Source: Octopus sinensis (Eukaryota). Taken from it: a stretch of DNA of 64,000 nt. Position numbers and translations under genes: made by a program. The stretch lies in the NCBI RefSeq assembly GCF_006345805.1, contig NC_043006.1, positions 34,038,001 through 34,102,000 of the forward strand. The letters run 5' to 3'. This document shows, piece after piece, positions 24,138 through 37,472 of the stretch. Below the pieces are notes generated by a model. That model was given only the letters and a program-made list of their open reading frames with translations. It had not been told where the DNA came from and searched no databases. Numbering within the stretch: position 1 is the stretch's first letter; each line of letters begins with the position of its first letter.

Positions 24138-24345
24138 GAAGGAGGTGAGCTGGCAGAAATGTAAAATGCTTAGTGGCATTTTGTCTGTCATTGTGTGCTG
24201 AGTTTAAATTCTGCTGAGGTCAGCTTTGCCTTTCATCCTTTTGAGGTTGAAAAATAAATACCAGTTGAATACTGGGGTTAAAGTAATCGACTTACCCCAC
24301 CCTCAAAATTGCTGGCCTTGTGTCTGAATTTGAAAGCATTGTTAT
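24138..24345 (+). mobile_element. SINE family B
   Basis: ggtgagctggcagaa..gaggtcagctttgcctttcatcctttt. Confidence 0.8.
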
Positions 24346-24774
24346 TATTATATTAGACTTAACACATATATTGAGTCCTTTATTCAATCAATGTTCCTTG
24401 TTTTGCGCATATAGAAACTTATAGCAGAGAAGATAACAAGGAAGCCTATGGGACAATCTACTCCAAGCAGCAGATTAGGTTTATGGTTGGTGCAAGGTTC
24501 CTACTTGAAGGAAGATGACATGGAAGTACAGATGTACACCTGGATGTACAACAAAAGCTGAGGCCTGGAAAGAGTGGAATTTAAGGAAAGAGCAACAAAC
24601 ACTTTTAATTGCTTAGAAAAAAAATAGTTAGGTATCGGGTAAACATAGCAAGAGGGGAAGGATGGAGATAAAAGGTTAGCACATGTTCCAGGATGTGAGG
24701 ATCAGACGTGCAAGTTATTCAAATTTTAAAACTGCAAACCAGAGGACAACGTATATATATTTGATATTTCTGCT

Positions 24775-24986
24775 TTCTTCTATTTGTTTGTCATTTGACT
24801 GCAGCCATGCTGGAGCACCACCTTTAGTCGAGCAAATCGACCCCAGGACTTATTTTTTGTAAGCTTAGTACTTATTCTATCGGTCTCTCTTGCCAAACCG
24901 CTAAATGATGGGGGATGTAAACACACCAGCATCAGTTGTCAAGCAATGTTGGGGGGCAAACACAGACACACAAACATATACATACA

Positions 24987-25070
<84 letters not shown>

Positions 25071-25220
25071 AGACAGGCTGTCTACCAAATGCACTCACAA
25101 TGCTTTGGTCAGCCCAAGACTATAATAGAAGACACTTGCCCAAGTTGCCATGCAGTGGGACTGAAACCAGAACCATGTGGTTGGTAAGCAAGCTACTTGC
25201 CACACAGCCACTCCAGCGCC
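24775..25220 (-). mobile_element. SINE family A, near full length with long internal (CA)n
   Basis: Tail, internal repeat and head in reverse order. Confidence 0.85.
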
Positions 25221-25994
25221 TATGTATGTCTGTGCATTTGTGTTATTTTTACAACTTATTTGGTAATGGAATAAGACCTTCAGAAAACATTGTACACAAA
25301 GTAAGAAGCAGGATAGAAAACAAAGACATAGCTATTATTTCTGCTAACGGCAAAAAGATTCTCTCTTTGAGAGAAAGGTAGATTTTATGATGTGTATATA
25401 TATATGTATGAAATGCAATGCTGCAAGATGGTAAGACATGGGCATTAAATGTGGAGATATGAAGACTGGAAAGAAATTAGGCTAATGTTTTACACTGGTT
25501 GGGCAACATTAGTGTGCATGAATGACTGGACACAAATGAAGTGCAAGAAGAACTGTGCAAGAGGAATCAGATGTTGTGTGTAAGAGATAAGAGTGACATG
25601 TGCAGACATGTGGATGTAAATAGCAGATGACAGAATACACACACACACATGTATTATTGTTTGCTTGCAGAGCATGAGTGCACAGACATACATACATTAT
25701 TGTGTGACAGCATAAGTATTTGGAATGGTGCTGTTATTACAACATAGAAGCAACCAAGACCACACAGAAATAAAATGTCCATTCGGCTAATTGCCAAAAC
25801 TCATTCACCAATATATTACACCCATTGAATCACAGATGCACGGTTTCTTCTCTCTGCTATTTCTGTTGCAACACTAATGACCTCTGCCCCTCTGAAGATA
25901 TGACTCATCTTACCTTATTCATCTTCCAGTCTGCATCTGGTCAATCCTATTTTGTCCCAAACCCTATTAAACAAAATGAGCACTAAACATTTTT

Positions 25995-26160
25995 TTTTTA
26001 TTATTTAGTCATTTGCCATTAGGAAGGGCACCCAGCAGTAAAAATCTTGTCAAAACAGACAATTGGAGCTTGTTGCAGTCCCCTGCTTGTCAGCTCTTGT
26101 CAGACCATCTGACCTGTGCCAGCATGGAAAAATGGATGCTAAATATTGATGAGGATAATG
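25995..26160 (+). mobile_element. Family C copy
   Basis: gccattaggaagggca..gccagcatggaaaaatggatg. Confidence 0.65.
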
Positions 26161-26217
26161 ATGATTCTTTTGTAGAGATACAATCCTCTGGAATAATGTC
26201 TTTTGCCTTTGTTGCCA

Positions 26218-26575
26218 TTGTTCATCATCATCGTCATCATCATAATTTAACGTCTATTTTCCATGTTGGCACAGGTTGGATGGTTTGACCAAAAACTGGT
26301 ATACCAAGGAGCTGCACCAGGTTCCAGTCTGATTTGGCATGATTTCTACAGCTGGATGCCCTTCCTAACGCCAACCACTCCAAGAACGTAATTGATGCTT
26401 TTTTCATGCCACTAACACAGGTGCTATTGCTGTGACACCACTATTGACCACAACTATGATTCCACTTGGCTTAACAGGTTTTCTCAAGCACAGTCTATCT
26501 CCAAAGGTCTCGTCACCTGTCACTGCCTCTATGAGGCCCAATGCTTGAACAGTGCGTTTTACGTGTCACCAGCAT
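26218..26575 (-). mobile_element. Family C copy extending into the RTE ORF end
   Basis: C tail followed by agcacag..tctcca..gcctctatgaggcccaatgct, matching 37878-37940. Confidence 0.75.
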
Positions 26576-26604
26576 GTTGTAATTATTTTTGTTGATATTG
26601 TTAT

Positions 26605-26815
26605 TTTTCTTGTCTAGCATCATGTCTACCTTGATCAGGCTGAACAATAATCAAAGACATGCTCTCCATGACCATGCCATCTATTATTCAGACTGAGTGT
26701 ATCTAGGACCATATTATGCAATGTGTTCTTCCACACTGTGTTTAAGATGGATTAGGTAATGTTTTGAGGAATATTTTGCTACCATTTCTAAAAGCTAGCA
26801 CATCCATATATAGGT
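26605..26815 (-). mobile_element. SINE-like family F
   Basis: gatcagg..atcaaag..ccatgaccat..tatctaggac..atttcta. Confidence 0.55.
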
Positions 26816-27377
26816 TTCATTGTTATCTATAATCTGTATTTTTTCCCTCCAATTATCATGGAATTTCATACTGTGTATCCAAGTTTTAAAATAAGTACCA
26901 TACATATTATAAGTGGTAACTAAAAGAGATGACACACAAAGGCCCAAAGGCCACCTGTAAAACACTTCTTCCTCAGAAAACTCATCCTATGCATGCCTGC
27001 AGGAAAAATCAAACATAGAAGAATGATGAATAATAATGATTGTGTTGATCTTGCTGCTTGGGAGAGCAGAGAAATATCATGGGTGCTGCCCCTCCATCTC
27101 AGAAGAAAGGGGAAAATATATACGAGAACTTGATATTTGTTATGATGGCAAAGTGGACTTAATGTATAAAAGAACACTTCCCAATAGAAACGTATAGACT
27201 CATGCACACACACACACACACACACACATACACATCCACATGCGTGCACACATGCCCATGCATACACGCCCATGCAAACAATAAATAAATATATAAAGAA
27301 TAAATTTCAGCCTAAGCAAGCTTGGTAAATTAATAAGTGAATTAATGATGATTATATAGATACAGGCATGTTTATGA

Positions 27378-27411
<34 letters not shown>

Positions 27412-27654
27412 GTATGTATGTATGTATGAGAGAGAGAGAGAGAGAGAGAAGGGGATGTTTTCTCATTTCATTTGCCTTCTGTGTCCTACATTTCATTCAT
27501 AAAGATGATCTTTGTCTCAAACAAGTTGCAACTGTCCTTATAGCGAGAAAAACCAGATGTCAGAATTTAATATAGTTTTCTTCAATTTTTTCAGTGTATT
27601 ATGATTATTTACTCCTCTTCCATCTCCCAATAATAATAATAATAATAATAATGA

Positions 27655-27870
27655 TAAGCCATTCTGCTAAAAGTACAAGGCCTGAAATTTTGGGGGAGGG
27701 GCTAGTCGATTACATTGATTCCAGTGTTTCACTGGTACATAATTTATTGACTCTGAAAGGATGAAGAGTAAATGTGACCCTGACGGAATTTGAACTCAGA
27801 ACATAGTGGTAGATTTAATACCGCTAAGTATTTCATCTACCATGCTAACAATTCTGCCAGCTTGCCACTT
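27655..27870 (-). mobile_element. SINE family B
   Basis: tacaaggcctgaaatttt..ggtac..tttattga..gaaaggatgaa..aatttgaactcagaac. Confidence 0.75.
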
Positions 27871-28088
27871 AAAAAAAAAAAAATAATAACAATAATTGGT
27901 AAATTTATTTACAAATTCTGCCCCACTGAATGGAATCTTGGGCCAGTGTCTCTTCATGAAACCCGAAGCAGACCAAAGTCTTGCGAGAGGATTTGGAAGA
28001 CGGAAATCGAAAGAAATAAAGAAGCTCATCATTGTGTGTGTGTACATGCACACACATACTTAGGCACACACATATACTTAGGCACACA

Positions 28089-28311
28089 CATGAAGTAGTG
28101 TTGAAAAGTTCCTGGCTTTAAGGGAATCACAAAAGGCCTAGTTGGAGGCCCAACCTTCCGAGTTCTTTTACAGGGATTAGAAAAACTGAAGGACTGCTGC
28201 AATAAGTGTGTGAGTTTGAGAGGGGGAATATGTTGAATAAAATCATAATTAACTGATCCTCATCTATTATCTTTTATCCAAAGCCAGGAACTTTTCAGCA
28301 CCCCTTGTGTA
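28089..28311. mobile_element. mariner-derived MITE
   Basis: TIRs gtgttgaaaagttcctggcttt / aaagccaggaacttttcagcac; internal aagtgtgtgagtttgagagg..gaatatgttgaataa resembles a mariner C-terminus (KCV.L.GEYVE*). Confidence 0.75.
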
Positions 28312-28414
28312 TGTATATGTAGTTCTTTTTTATATACCCTATATATATATATATATACACACACACACTTTTGAGATGTCTTTGTGTGTGGTGTGTGTGT
28401 TTTATTGTTTCCTT

Positions 28415-28615
28415 GTGTTGGCATCGAGTGGCCAGCAGTGTCCTTCATGTCAAATCTTTCATGGAAACATATCTGGCCCTGGGGAAATATTACCTTACTT
28501 GGAAATAGGTGAGAATTGGCAACAAAGAGGGTATCCAGTCTTAGAAAGTCTGCCTCCATAAAACTGCCCCTTGACTCATTCAAGCATGAAAATGGGGGAC
28601 GTTAAAACAATGATT
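28415..28615 (+). mobile_element. SINE-like family E
   Basis: ggaaatattacc..ggaaa.aggtgag..aagcatg..ggacgttaaaac. Confidence 0.7.
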
Positions 28616-29268
28616 AAAATAATGATAATGATTTTCAGCCATCTTTGTTTTTTTTTTTAAATAATCTAAATACTATACTCTCTACCCTTCACACACACAC
28701 ACACAAACACACACGTAAATAATTCAACATAAAGCTAAAATGCAAAATTAAATACTACACATTTCTTTTCTAACCATTGGCATCCTTTTTTTCTTCATTA
28801 GTTTTATTTTTGTCAAAAGAAAATTCTTTTTCTAAAGTAAAGTCAAAATTTAAACACAAACAAATAATTTTTGCAGTCATTCCTCACAAGATATTTGTTT
28901 TCAATAGAAGAACAGTTAACCATTTTATTTGTTTCATCTTTACAGAAATTAGAGTCTAATCGCTTTGAAAAGACATTTAAAGAGAGAAAGAAAGAGAGAA
29001 GGAAAGAGGGAGAGATAAAATATTAAATCAAAAAAAAAAAAAAATCAAGAAAGGCAATCTTTTCATTTTAATACTCTGATATGACATTCCAATTTCTCAA
29101 AGACATTAACATTTCTTGAGATGAGACTTACAGTGATCTGGCTCTTCTTATCAATCTGTTTATTTCTTTAAAATTTTTATTCATGGAAAAGATGGATTGT
29201 TCTTGCAGAGATAGTCAGAAATAGAGACAGGCTGTATTATGAAGAATATAAAATAAACAAACATACAT

Positions 29269-29585
29269 ATGTGTGTGTGTACACATATGTGTGTATATGT
29301 ATATATGTGTATGTGTGTATATGTGTGTATATGTATATATGTGTATGTGTGTATATGTATATATGTGTATGTGTGTATATGTATATACGTATACATGTGT
29401 GTATATATATATATGTGTGTGTATATATATATGTGTGTGTATATATATGTGTGTATATGTATGTGTGTGTGTGTGTATATATATATATGTATGTGTGTAT
29501 ATATATGTGTGTGTATATGTATGTGTGTGTATATATATATATGTATGTGTGTGTGTATATGTATGTGTGTATATGTATGTGTGTT

Positions 29586-29670
<85 letters not shown>
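29269..29670. repeat. Long (TA)/(TG) compound microsatellite array
   Basis: Source of several I/Y/H/T/C/V pseudo-ORFs. Confidence 0.95.
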
Positions 29671-29671
<1 letters not shown>

Positions 29672-30761
29672 CACATGTATGTATATCCAAATATACCTAC
29701 TGATGTACAATCTATACATGCTTGCATACATACATACATACATACATTCACGAATATATATGTATGTGTGTATATAATGATAATATAAACACAGAATGTA
29801 AGTGACAAGAGTACTTCTCGGTTGTTTTAATTCTTGGCTGATCACTGTCATCTTTATGTCCACTTAAAATATCTTTCTGTGTGATTCTCAGAAATCTTTA
29901 GAATGAGAGGAGATGGAGTAGGGAGACGGTGTGGGGAGGGGGCACTAGAAGAGCGCTGGGGGTATCTTTATGCGTGGGTTTGTGTTGTTATGTGTGGCTA
30001 TGAATTTATATTATGTGTCATTTTCATTTATACATGTGTCATTATCATCATTTTTATCGTCATTATTATCACCATTGTCTTCGTCAGCATCCTGTCAGTT
30101 GTGCTTGTTTTAATGTCTCTTCTTTTCTAAGCTTCTATGTGTAGGATAGGTCTGCCTTCTGGTAAATCCTAAGCCGTTTTGATCTGCTGCCAGCTTAGCT
30201 TTGCTGAGATGCTCAATATCCTTAGATTCTGACCACCCTACTTATTTGCATGTCTACTTCCATTATGAGAATCTTCTGTTGGCATCACACAGTACAGAGC
30301 CAAAGGGGTTTGTGTTTCTATACGTGGTCACTCAGTCTGCCAGAAAGAACAGCAGAATCTACTTCAAATCCTACCCTCCCATCTTTAAATAAACCCTAAA
30401 AGGAATACAAATGAAAGGGCAGTTCTCTACAGTCTGTTTTCTTTTATATTTTTTGTGTTTTTATTTAAATACACAAGATGATCAATCACAGCTGTAACAT
30501 GTTTGATCATAAATCAGATCAAGGCTGACCTGGATCTCAATAGCCACCTTCTTCTCCTCCACCCTGCAACTTCCTTTATCTTTTCTTACTTCATGTTCTT
30601 ACCACCACAGGCATCACTTTTCTAAATCTCAGTTGATACCTTTAATGTCCAGCCACTCTCTCAACTTATTTCCGCTCTACTTTATCTTCAAATTAATATT
30701 TTACATAAATATATCTCAATTAATGAATGACATAAGAACAAGAGTCACTTAATCACATTCA

Positions 30762-30809
30762 TTGGCTTACAGCTGTTTCGGCTATGAGAGACAAAGCACT
30801 CAGAGCCAA
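30762..30809 (-). ncRNA. Degenerate minimal hammerhead-like motif
   Basis: Minus strand: ttggct-CTGAgt-gctttg-tctct-catagc-c-GAAAC-agct-GTA-agccaa; 6-bp helix I, palindromic helix III, damaged CUGANGA. Confidence 0.5.
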
Positions 30810-31679
30810 GTGTTTCTGTAACATCCTATAGTTTCCTCAGAGCTGTTTTATATACATACATGCATACATATTTGCATATACATACACAAACAATTATTTG
30901 ACTGATTTGTGTAAATGCAAAAAATGTGTAGAAAATTAATAGTAAGCTTTTCTGATGATTTTCAAAGCTCATCTTAATTAGATAAACACTCTCCACTTTT
31001 GTTACATGTTACAATTGGGTTCTGCACTGCTGTACTTGGACAAATCAACACCAAGACCCTTACAAATAATCTCTCTTGAGCTTTTCATACTTGTTATGAT
31101 TTTGGTTGCATTCCCTCCTTCCGTCATGCACTACTTTTCTCTATGATGAACAATCTAGAACAAGGTTTTTTCATCCATTTTTTTCTAAGTTTTCAATCTT
31201 CTTCAGTATATTCTTGATGCAATCTCTGAGCCTTATTTTCAGTTTGTGCAATGGCCTTTCACCTTTGGATGACTCACAGTACAAAAATTGCTTAGGGATC
31301 TGATTGTCTTCTATCCTGACCACATAACCACTCTATCTTAATCAGTATTGAAGTATTAAAGACTTTATATTGCATACACTGAGTTGTAGGACTTCAACAT
31401 CACTTACATACACTTGCCATTGGATACTCAGTATATGGTGGAGACATTGTGATGAAATTGCTCCAGCCTTTTCATATGTCCAATAAGTAACGCAAGTCTT
31501 ACATACATATAACAATGAAGAGAAAACACAAATATTGTTGACCTTCATCTTTCTCTCAATTGAAATTCCATGTCTGAAACTATAAACATCTAATTTTCTA
31601 AATGCATCAATGGCTATCGTGATTCAGAGGGAGAGATCATTATCAGGAGTATGTGTCATGTTCACAGTTCTGCCTAAAT

Positions 31680-32200
31680 ATATGAATTTATTCATAACCT
31701 ACAATTTCTATCCATACTCATAAGTGTTTTGCTTTGAATAGGCTTTACTTGATGCGGTTTTGTATGGTATAACTGTCTTTTCAGGCTAATTGTTAGACCC
31801 AACGCACTGCAAGCTGTTGAGAGGGAGTCCATAAGATGCTGCATGTCATTCTGGGAGTGAGTGACAAGATCACAGTCATCAGCGTACAGCATTTGTATGT
31901 TAGTGATAAGAGCACATGTTCTTTTGGCTGTGAACTATCTTATTTTCAACATCCTATCTGTTGTTTGGTATCTGATGTAGGCAACCTTCAAAATCTATAA
32001 AAAGAAAGCCAAGTTAGTGCTAATATATCTTAACACCATTTTAAACCAAAATTGGATCCGAGAGCTGACCACCCACATTAACACATACTTTCATTCCATC
32101 ATGGAAATGCCTAAACGTAGACACTTATCAGGACACCTAAGCTTCTTCAGAATGTTTCACAGAGACTTCTAACAGAACCATCTGCTTAGATGCTTCTAAG
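31680..32200 (-). pseudogene. Degenerate RTE (BovB-like) RT fragment
   Basis: LKKLRCPDK..FHDGMKV.VNVGGQLSDP..NGVK, YIRYQT, MLYADDCDLVTHS..DMQHLMD..LTISLK. Confidence 0.8.
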
Positions 32201-32777
32201 CTCAGCACCGTGTTTGGCATTAGCATTGTTGAGTTTGTAAATGTAACAATGTCCTTTCAGAACATTTATGATTCCAATATTCAGAGTAAATTTGACTAAG
32301 AAAAATTAATTTTCCACAAAATATAATGTTTGTACACCACATCAAAACCCTGACACCAACAAGGACTTGATACAAGTCTTTCTCCTACTTAATACAGTTT
32401 TTTAGCAATTGCTATACATGTCATACAGTACATGAATATTATATGTAAACACTATCGGTCACATATACATAACATATGTATTTCATTTATGGGTAACATT
32501 TTCTGTGGGATTGTGTTGAGGGAAAGCTCCCTACATGATGCTGAGTGTTAAAGAAGACCTGAATGTCACAGTCCAAGCAAGAAAACTTGCCTTGGAATCA
32601 CCAAAAATGGTAGATGTTGATATTCACTATTCTTCTTATGACTTATCAATACCATGTACTCAGGTGACTCCAAAACGAAATGAGTCACTGGTTTGGGACT
32701 TAGATGCAGAATGGAGTTTGTTGGCTGATGTCCTGAGGTGTAGCATATGAGAAAGATAATTCATAATTTAGTGTGTG

Positions 32778-32815
<38 letters not shown>

Positions 32816-32817
<2 letters not shown>

Positions 32818-33223
32818 CACAGGAGTGGCTGTGTGGTAAGTAGCTGACTAACCAACCACATGCTTCCGGGTTCAGTCCCACTGCATGGCATCTTGGGCAA
32901 GTGTCTTCTGCTATAGCCTCGGGCCGACCAAAGCCTTGTGAGTGGATTTGGTAGACGGAAACTGAAAGAAGCCTGTCGTATATATGTATATATATGTGCA
33001 TGTGTGTGTATATGTTTGTGTGTCTGTGTTTGTCCCTCTAGCATTGCTTGACAACCGATGCTGGTGTGTTTACGTCCCCGTCACTTAGCGGTTCGGCAAA
33101 AGAGACTGATAGAATAAGTACTGGGCTTACAAAGAATAAGTCCCGGGGTCGATTTGCTCGATTAAAGGCGGTGCTCCAGCATGGTCGCAGTCAAATGACT
33201 GAAACAAGTAAACGAGTAAACGA

Positions 33224-33224
<1 letters not shown>
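32816..33224 (+). mobile_element. SINE family A, young full-length copy
   Basis: ggcacaggagtggctgtgtgg (A box), gggttcagtccc (B-box-like), CORE-like cttgggcaagtgtctt, tail with CpGs intact; flanked by (TA)n. Confidence 0.9.
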
Positions 33225-33274
<50 letters not shown>

Positions 33275-33277
<3 letters not shown>

Positions 33278-33530
33278 TTTTATTTGTTTCAGTCATTTGA
33301 CTGCAGCTTTGGTGGAGCACCACCTTTAGTTGAACAAATTGAACCCAGGACTTATTCTTTATAAGCCTAGTAATTATTCTATCAGTCTCAAATGACTAAA
33401 TTACAGGGATGTAAACACACCAACATTGGTTGTCAAGCGTTGGTGGTGGTGGGAGAAGACACACACACACACACACATTTATATATATGACGGGCTTCTT
33501 TCTGATTCTGTCAATCAATTCCACTCAAGG
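33275..33530 (-). mobile_element. SINE family A 3' part
   Basis: Reverse tail and internal repeat. Confidence 0.75.
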
Positions 33531-33535
33531 CTATA

Positions 33536-33587
<52 letters not shown>

Positions 33588-33851
33588 GTGTGTGTGTGTG
33601 TGTGTACACTATTTTCTTTTGTCTTCTCTCTTTCTCCTATCTTTTGAACCATTTTCCTTGCTCTTTTTCTCTTTTCTTCCTATCTCTCCTTTCTCTTTTT
33701 CTGTGTATATGTTAGTTTGAAGCAACACATCTCAGAGTCCCCCCCGCCCGAAAAAAATATAATACTGTTTTCTGTGTTTTTATAATTTTGAAGAATGTCA
33801 GGAATCTGATAGGGATTATTCTGTGGTAATAAGGATGAAGGCATATGTTTA

Positions 33852-33898
<47 letters not shown>

Positions 33899-33944
33899 AC
33901 ACACATGCACACACTCATCTACACACACACACACACATATATAC

Positions 33945-33975
<31 letters not shown>

Positions 33976-34395
33976 AAGTACATGCGTTTGTTCACCCATG
34001 TGCCCTCTGGTATGGTACACACACCAGAATTTGGCACAGATCAGCTGTTTCTGTGGTTATCTCTAATGCTATCTCCTATGTACTTCTATGTTGGACAATA
34101 ACAGGAGAGGCAAAGCTGGAATAATGAGTAAAACTAAGTTTACTTTCATGTGTGTGTTTATGTGTCTGTGCATTTCACAGTTCTCGGTATTCTTTTGAAG
34201 AGTTTTAATGAATTCATAGCTATTTGTTTTCGGGGAGCAATAAAAAAACAATAAAAGACTAAATATAGATATATAAATAAAACAAAATTGGAAGGTTATC
34301 ACACTCTTTCTCCCTGAAAATAGAATTTATCTAGGCCAGATAATTTGAAAGCAGAATCTCTCTCCATAAATGTGTGTGTATGTAGGTATGTATGA

Positions 34396-34435
<40 letters not shown>

Positions 34436-34711
34436 AAATTAGAAAAAAAAACACCTTTTATCAATTCAAAATGAACAATTAAATTACACCATCTAGAAAA
34501 TTACATATAATAGAAATATTAGAATTAAAATAACAATAATAAAAACGTATATAATTGGTATATGATACATTTTTATTATTTTTTTGCAATTTACTTAATC
34601 ATCGGTATATTATTGTTATTCTAATTTTAATATTTCTATTATATGTAATTTTCTAGATGGTGTAATTTAATTGTTCATTTTGAATTGATAAAAGGTGTTT
34701 TTTTCTAATTT
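34436..34711. repeat. AT-rich foldback/MITE-like element with ~105-bp inverted arms
   Basis: 34436-34540 is the near-exact reverse complement of 34609-34711. Confidence 0.9.
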
Positions 34712-35167
34712 TTATATATATTATATTGTGTGAAATTTGATTTAGTATTTCTAAATTGAATTTTTCCCTGTAAGTTAGGATTAATATTCCCTCAAATAAT
34801 TATTATATATATATATAAAACATATACATGCACACAAAATATGTATATGCTGTGTTTCTATACCATTTCCATCCATCGTATTCACTTAAAAGGCATTGGT
34901 CAGCTGAAGTCTATATTTGAAGACATTTGCTAGAGGTAACGTGCAGTGGAAGCGAATTCAAAGCCAAAATGTTGCAAACTCATTGGTCACATAGCCATAT
35001 CTTCTATCTCTAAGAATACATACATACACGCACACACACACACACACACACACACCCATATGTGTATGTATGTATATATGTGTATGTATGTATGTATGTA
35101 TGTATGTATATGTATGTATGTATGTATGTATATATATATATATATATATGTATGTATATATATGTAC

Positions 35168-35325
35168 ACTCACGGAGTGGTTGGCATTAGGAAGGGCATC
35201 CAGCTGTAGAAACATTGCCAGATAAGACTGGAGCCTGGTGCAGCCTTCTGGCTTCCCAGATCCCCGGTCGAACCGTCCAACCCATGCTAGCATGGAGAAC
35301 GGACGTTAAACGATGATGATGATAT
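35168..35325 (+). mobile_element. Family C copy, young
   Basis: cacggagtggttggcattaggaagggcatcc..ggacgttaaacgatgatgatga, flanked by (TA)n. Confidence 0.85.
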
Positions 35326-35508
35326 ATATATATGTATGTATGTATATATAAGAATATATATATGTATATATGTGTATGTATGTATGTGTGTGTATGTATG
35401 TGTGCATGTATGTATGTATGTGTGTGTATGTATGTATGTATGTGTGTGTATGTATGTGTGAGTATGTGTGTGTATCTATGTGTATGTATTTATGTATGTA
35501 TATATATA

Positions 35509-35670
35509 GGTGCAGGAGTGGCCTTGTGGTAAGTAGCTTGCTTACCAGCCACATGGTTCCAGGTTCAGTCCTACTGCGTGGCACCTTGGGCAAGTATCTT
35601 TTGCTATAGCTTCAGGCTGACCAAAGCCTTGTGAATAGATTTGGTAGATGGAATCTAAAAATTGCCCGTC

Positions 35671-35728
<58 letters not shown>

Positions 35729-35938
35729 TTATTTATGCTTGTTTGTGTTTGTCCCTCTACCATTGCTTGACAACTGAACTTGGTGTGTTTATATCCCTGT
35801 AACTTAGTGGTTTACCAAAAGGAGACTGATATGAAAAGTACTAGGCTTCCAAAGAATAAGTCCAGGGGTCAATTTCTTTGACTAAAAGGCTATGCTCCAG
35901 CATGGCCACAGTCAAAATGACTGAAGCAAGTAAAAGAA
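35509..35938 (+). mobile_element. SINE family A, full length
   Basis: All modules present. Confidence 0.85.
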
Positions 35939-35942
35939 TATA

Positions 35943-36215
35943 CATCATCATCTTCATCATCGTTTAACGTCTGCTTTCCATGCTGGCATGGGTTGGAAGG
36001 TTTGACTGGGAACTGGCAAGCCAGGAGGCTGTGCCAGGCTCCAATCTGATCTGGCAAGGTTTCTACAGCTGGGTTTCCTATCTAATACCAACCACTCAGA
36101 GAGAGTAGGGGGTGCTTTTTACATGCTACTGGCAGGGGTGCCAGTCAGGTGGCACTGGCATTAGCCACATTCAAATGGGGCTTTTTACACACCACTGGTA
36201 CATGTGCCAGTCAGG
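35943..36215 (-). mobile_element. Family C copy
   Basis: (cat)n cgtttaacgtctgctttccatgc..gggtgctttt. Confidence 0.8.
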
Positions 36216-36259
36216 CAGCACAAGCATTCTCTACACTCACACACACATATATATATATT

Positions 36260-36455
36260 CTTTTATTCTTTTACTTGTTTCAGTCATTTGACTGCAGCCA
36301 TGCTGGAGCAGCACCTTTAGTCAATTAAAGTGACCTCAGGACTTATTCTATCAGGTTTGTTTTGCCAAACCGCTAAGTTGCAGGAACCTAAACACAAAAG
36401 CATCAGTTGTCAAGCGATGTTGGTGGGACAAACACAGACACACGAACATATACAC
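36260..36455 (-). mobile_element. SINE family A 3' module
   Basis: Reverse tail. Confidence 0.8.
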
Positions 36456-36484
36456 ACATGCATATATATCTCTTTCTCTCTTTT

Positions 36485-36874
36485 CTCTTTTACTTGTTTC
36501 AGTCATTTCACTGCGGCCATGCTGGAGCACCGCCTTTAATCAAGCAACTCGACCGCGGGACTTATTCTTTGTAAGCCCAGTACTTATTCTATCGGTCTCT
36601 TTTTTGCCGAACCGCTAAGTGACGGGGACGTAAACACACCAGCATCGGTCGTCAAGCGATGCTAGGGGGACAAATACAAACACACAAACACACACACACA
36701 TATATATATACATGATGGCTTCTTTCAGTTTCTGTCTACCAAATCCACTCACAAGGCATTGGTCGGCCAGGGGCTATAGCAGAAGACACTTGCCCAAGAT
36801 GCCATGCAGTGGGACTGAACCCGGAACCATGTGGTTGGTTAGCAAGCTACTTACCACAAAGCCACTCCTGCGCC
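36485..36874 (-). mobile_element. SINE family A, young full-length copy
   Basis: Ends ..ccacaaagccactcctgcgcc (the head start); CpGs retained. Confidence 0.9.
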
Positions 36875-36892
36875 TATATATATATATATATA

Positions 36893-37292
36893 TATAATAT
36901 AAATAATATATAAATATATTCATATACACTTACATATATGTACATACCTACATATATATGTATATATACATGCATATATGGATACAGGACATAAAAAAAC
37001 ATGGAACACAATGAGAAATGAAAACATAAAAACAAAAACATAGAAACAAACTTTTTTTCAAACAGCAAAAGGGGAATATTCCTTGTGCTGTATTGCCTTG
37101 TACTCTGTTTTTTCATTGTTTGTAAAAAAAAGTTCGTTTCTATGATTTTGTTTTTATGTTTTCATTTCTCATTGTGTTCCACGTTTTTTTTTATGTCCTG
37201 TACCCATATATGCATGTATATATACATATATATGTAGGTATGTACATATATTTATATATATATGTATATATTTATATATTATTTATATTATT
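36893..37292. repeat. Long inverted repeat, ~170-bp arms and ~50-bp spacer
   Basis: 36893-37064 versus 37117-37292, including mirrored TA-rich low-complexity ends. Confidence 0.85.
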
Positions 37293-37334
37293 ATATGATA
37301 GAATGCCACGCATCCTTTTCCATGTAATTTTATC

Positions 37335-37472
37335 GACGGGCTTCTTTCAGTTTCCATCTACCAAATCATTCACAAGGCTTTGGTCAGCCTGAGGCTACAG
37401 TAGAAGATACTTGCCCAGTGGAACTGAATCTGGAATCATGTGGTTGGTAAGCAAGCTACTTACCACACAGCT
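37335..37472 (-). mobile_element. SINE family A head fragment
   Basis: gacgggcttctttcagtttcc..cttaccacacagc. Confidence 0.75.
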
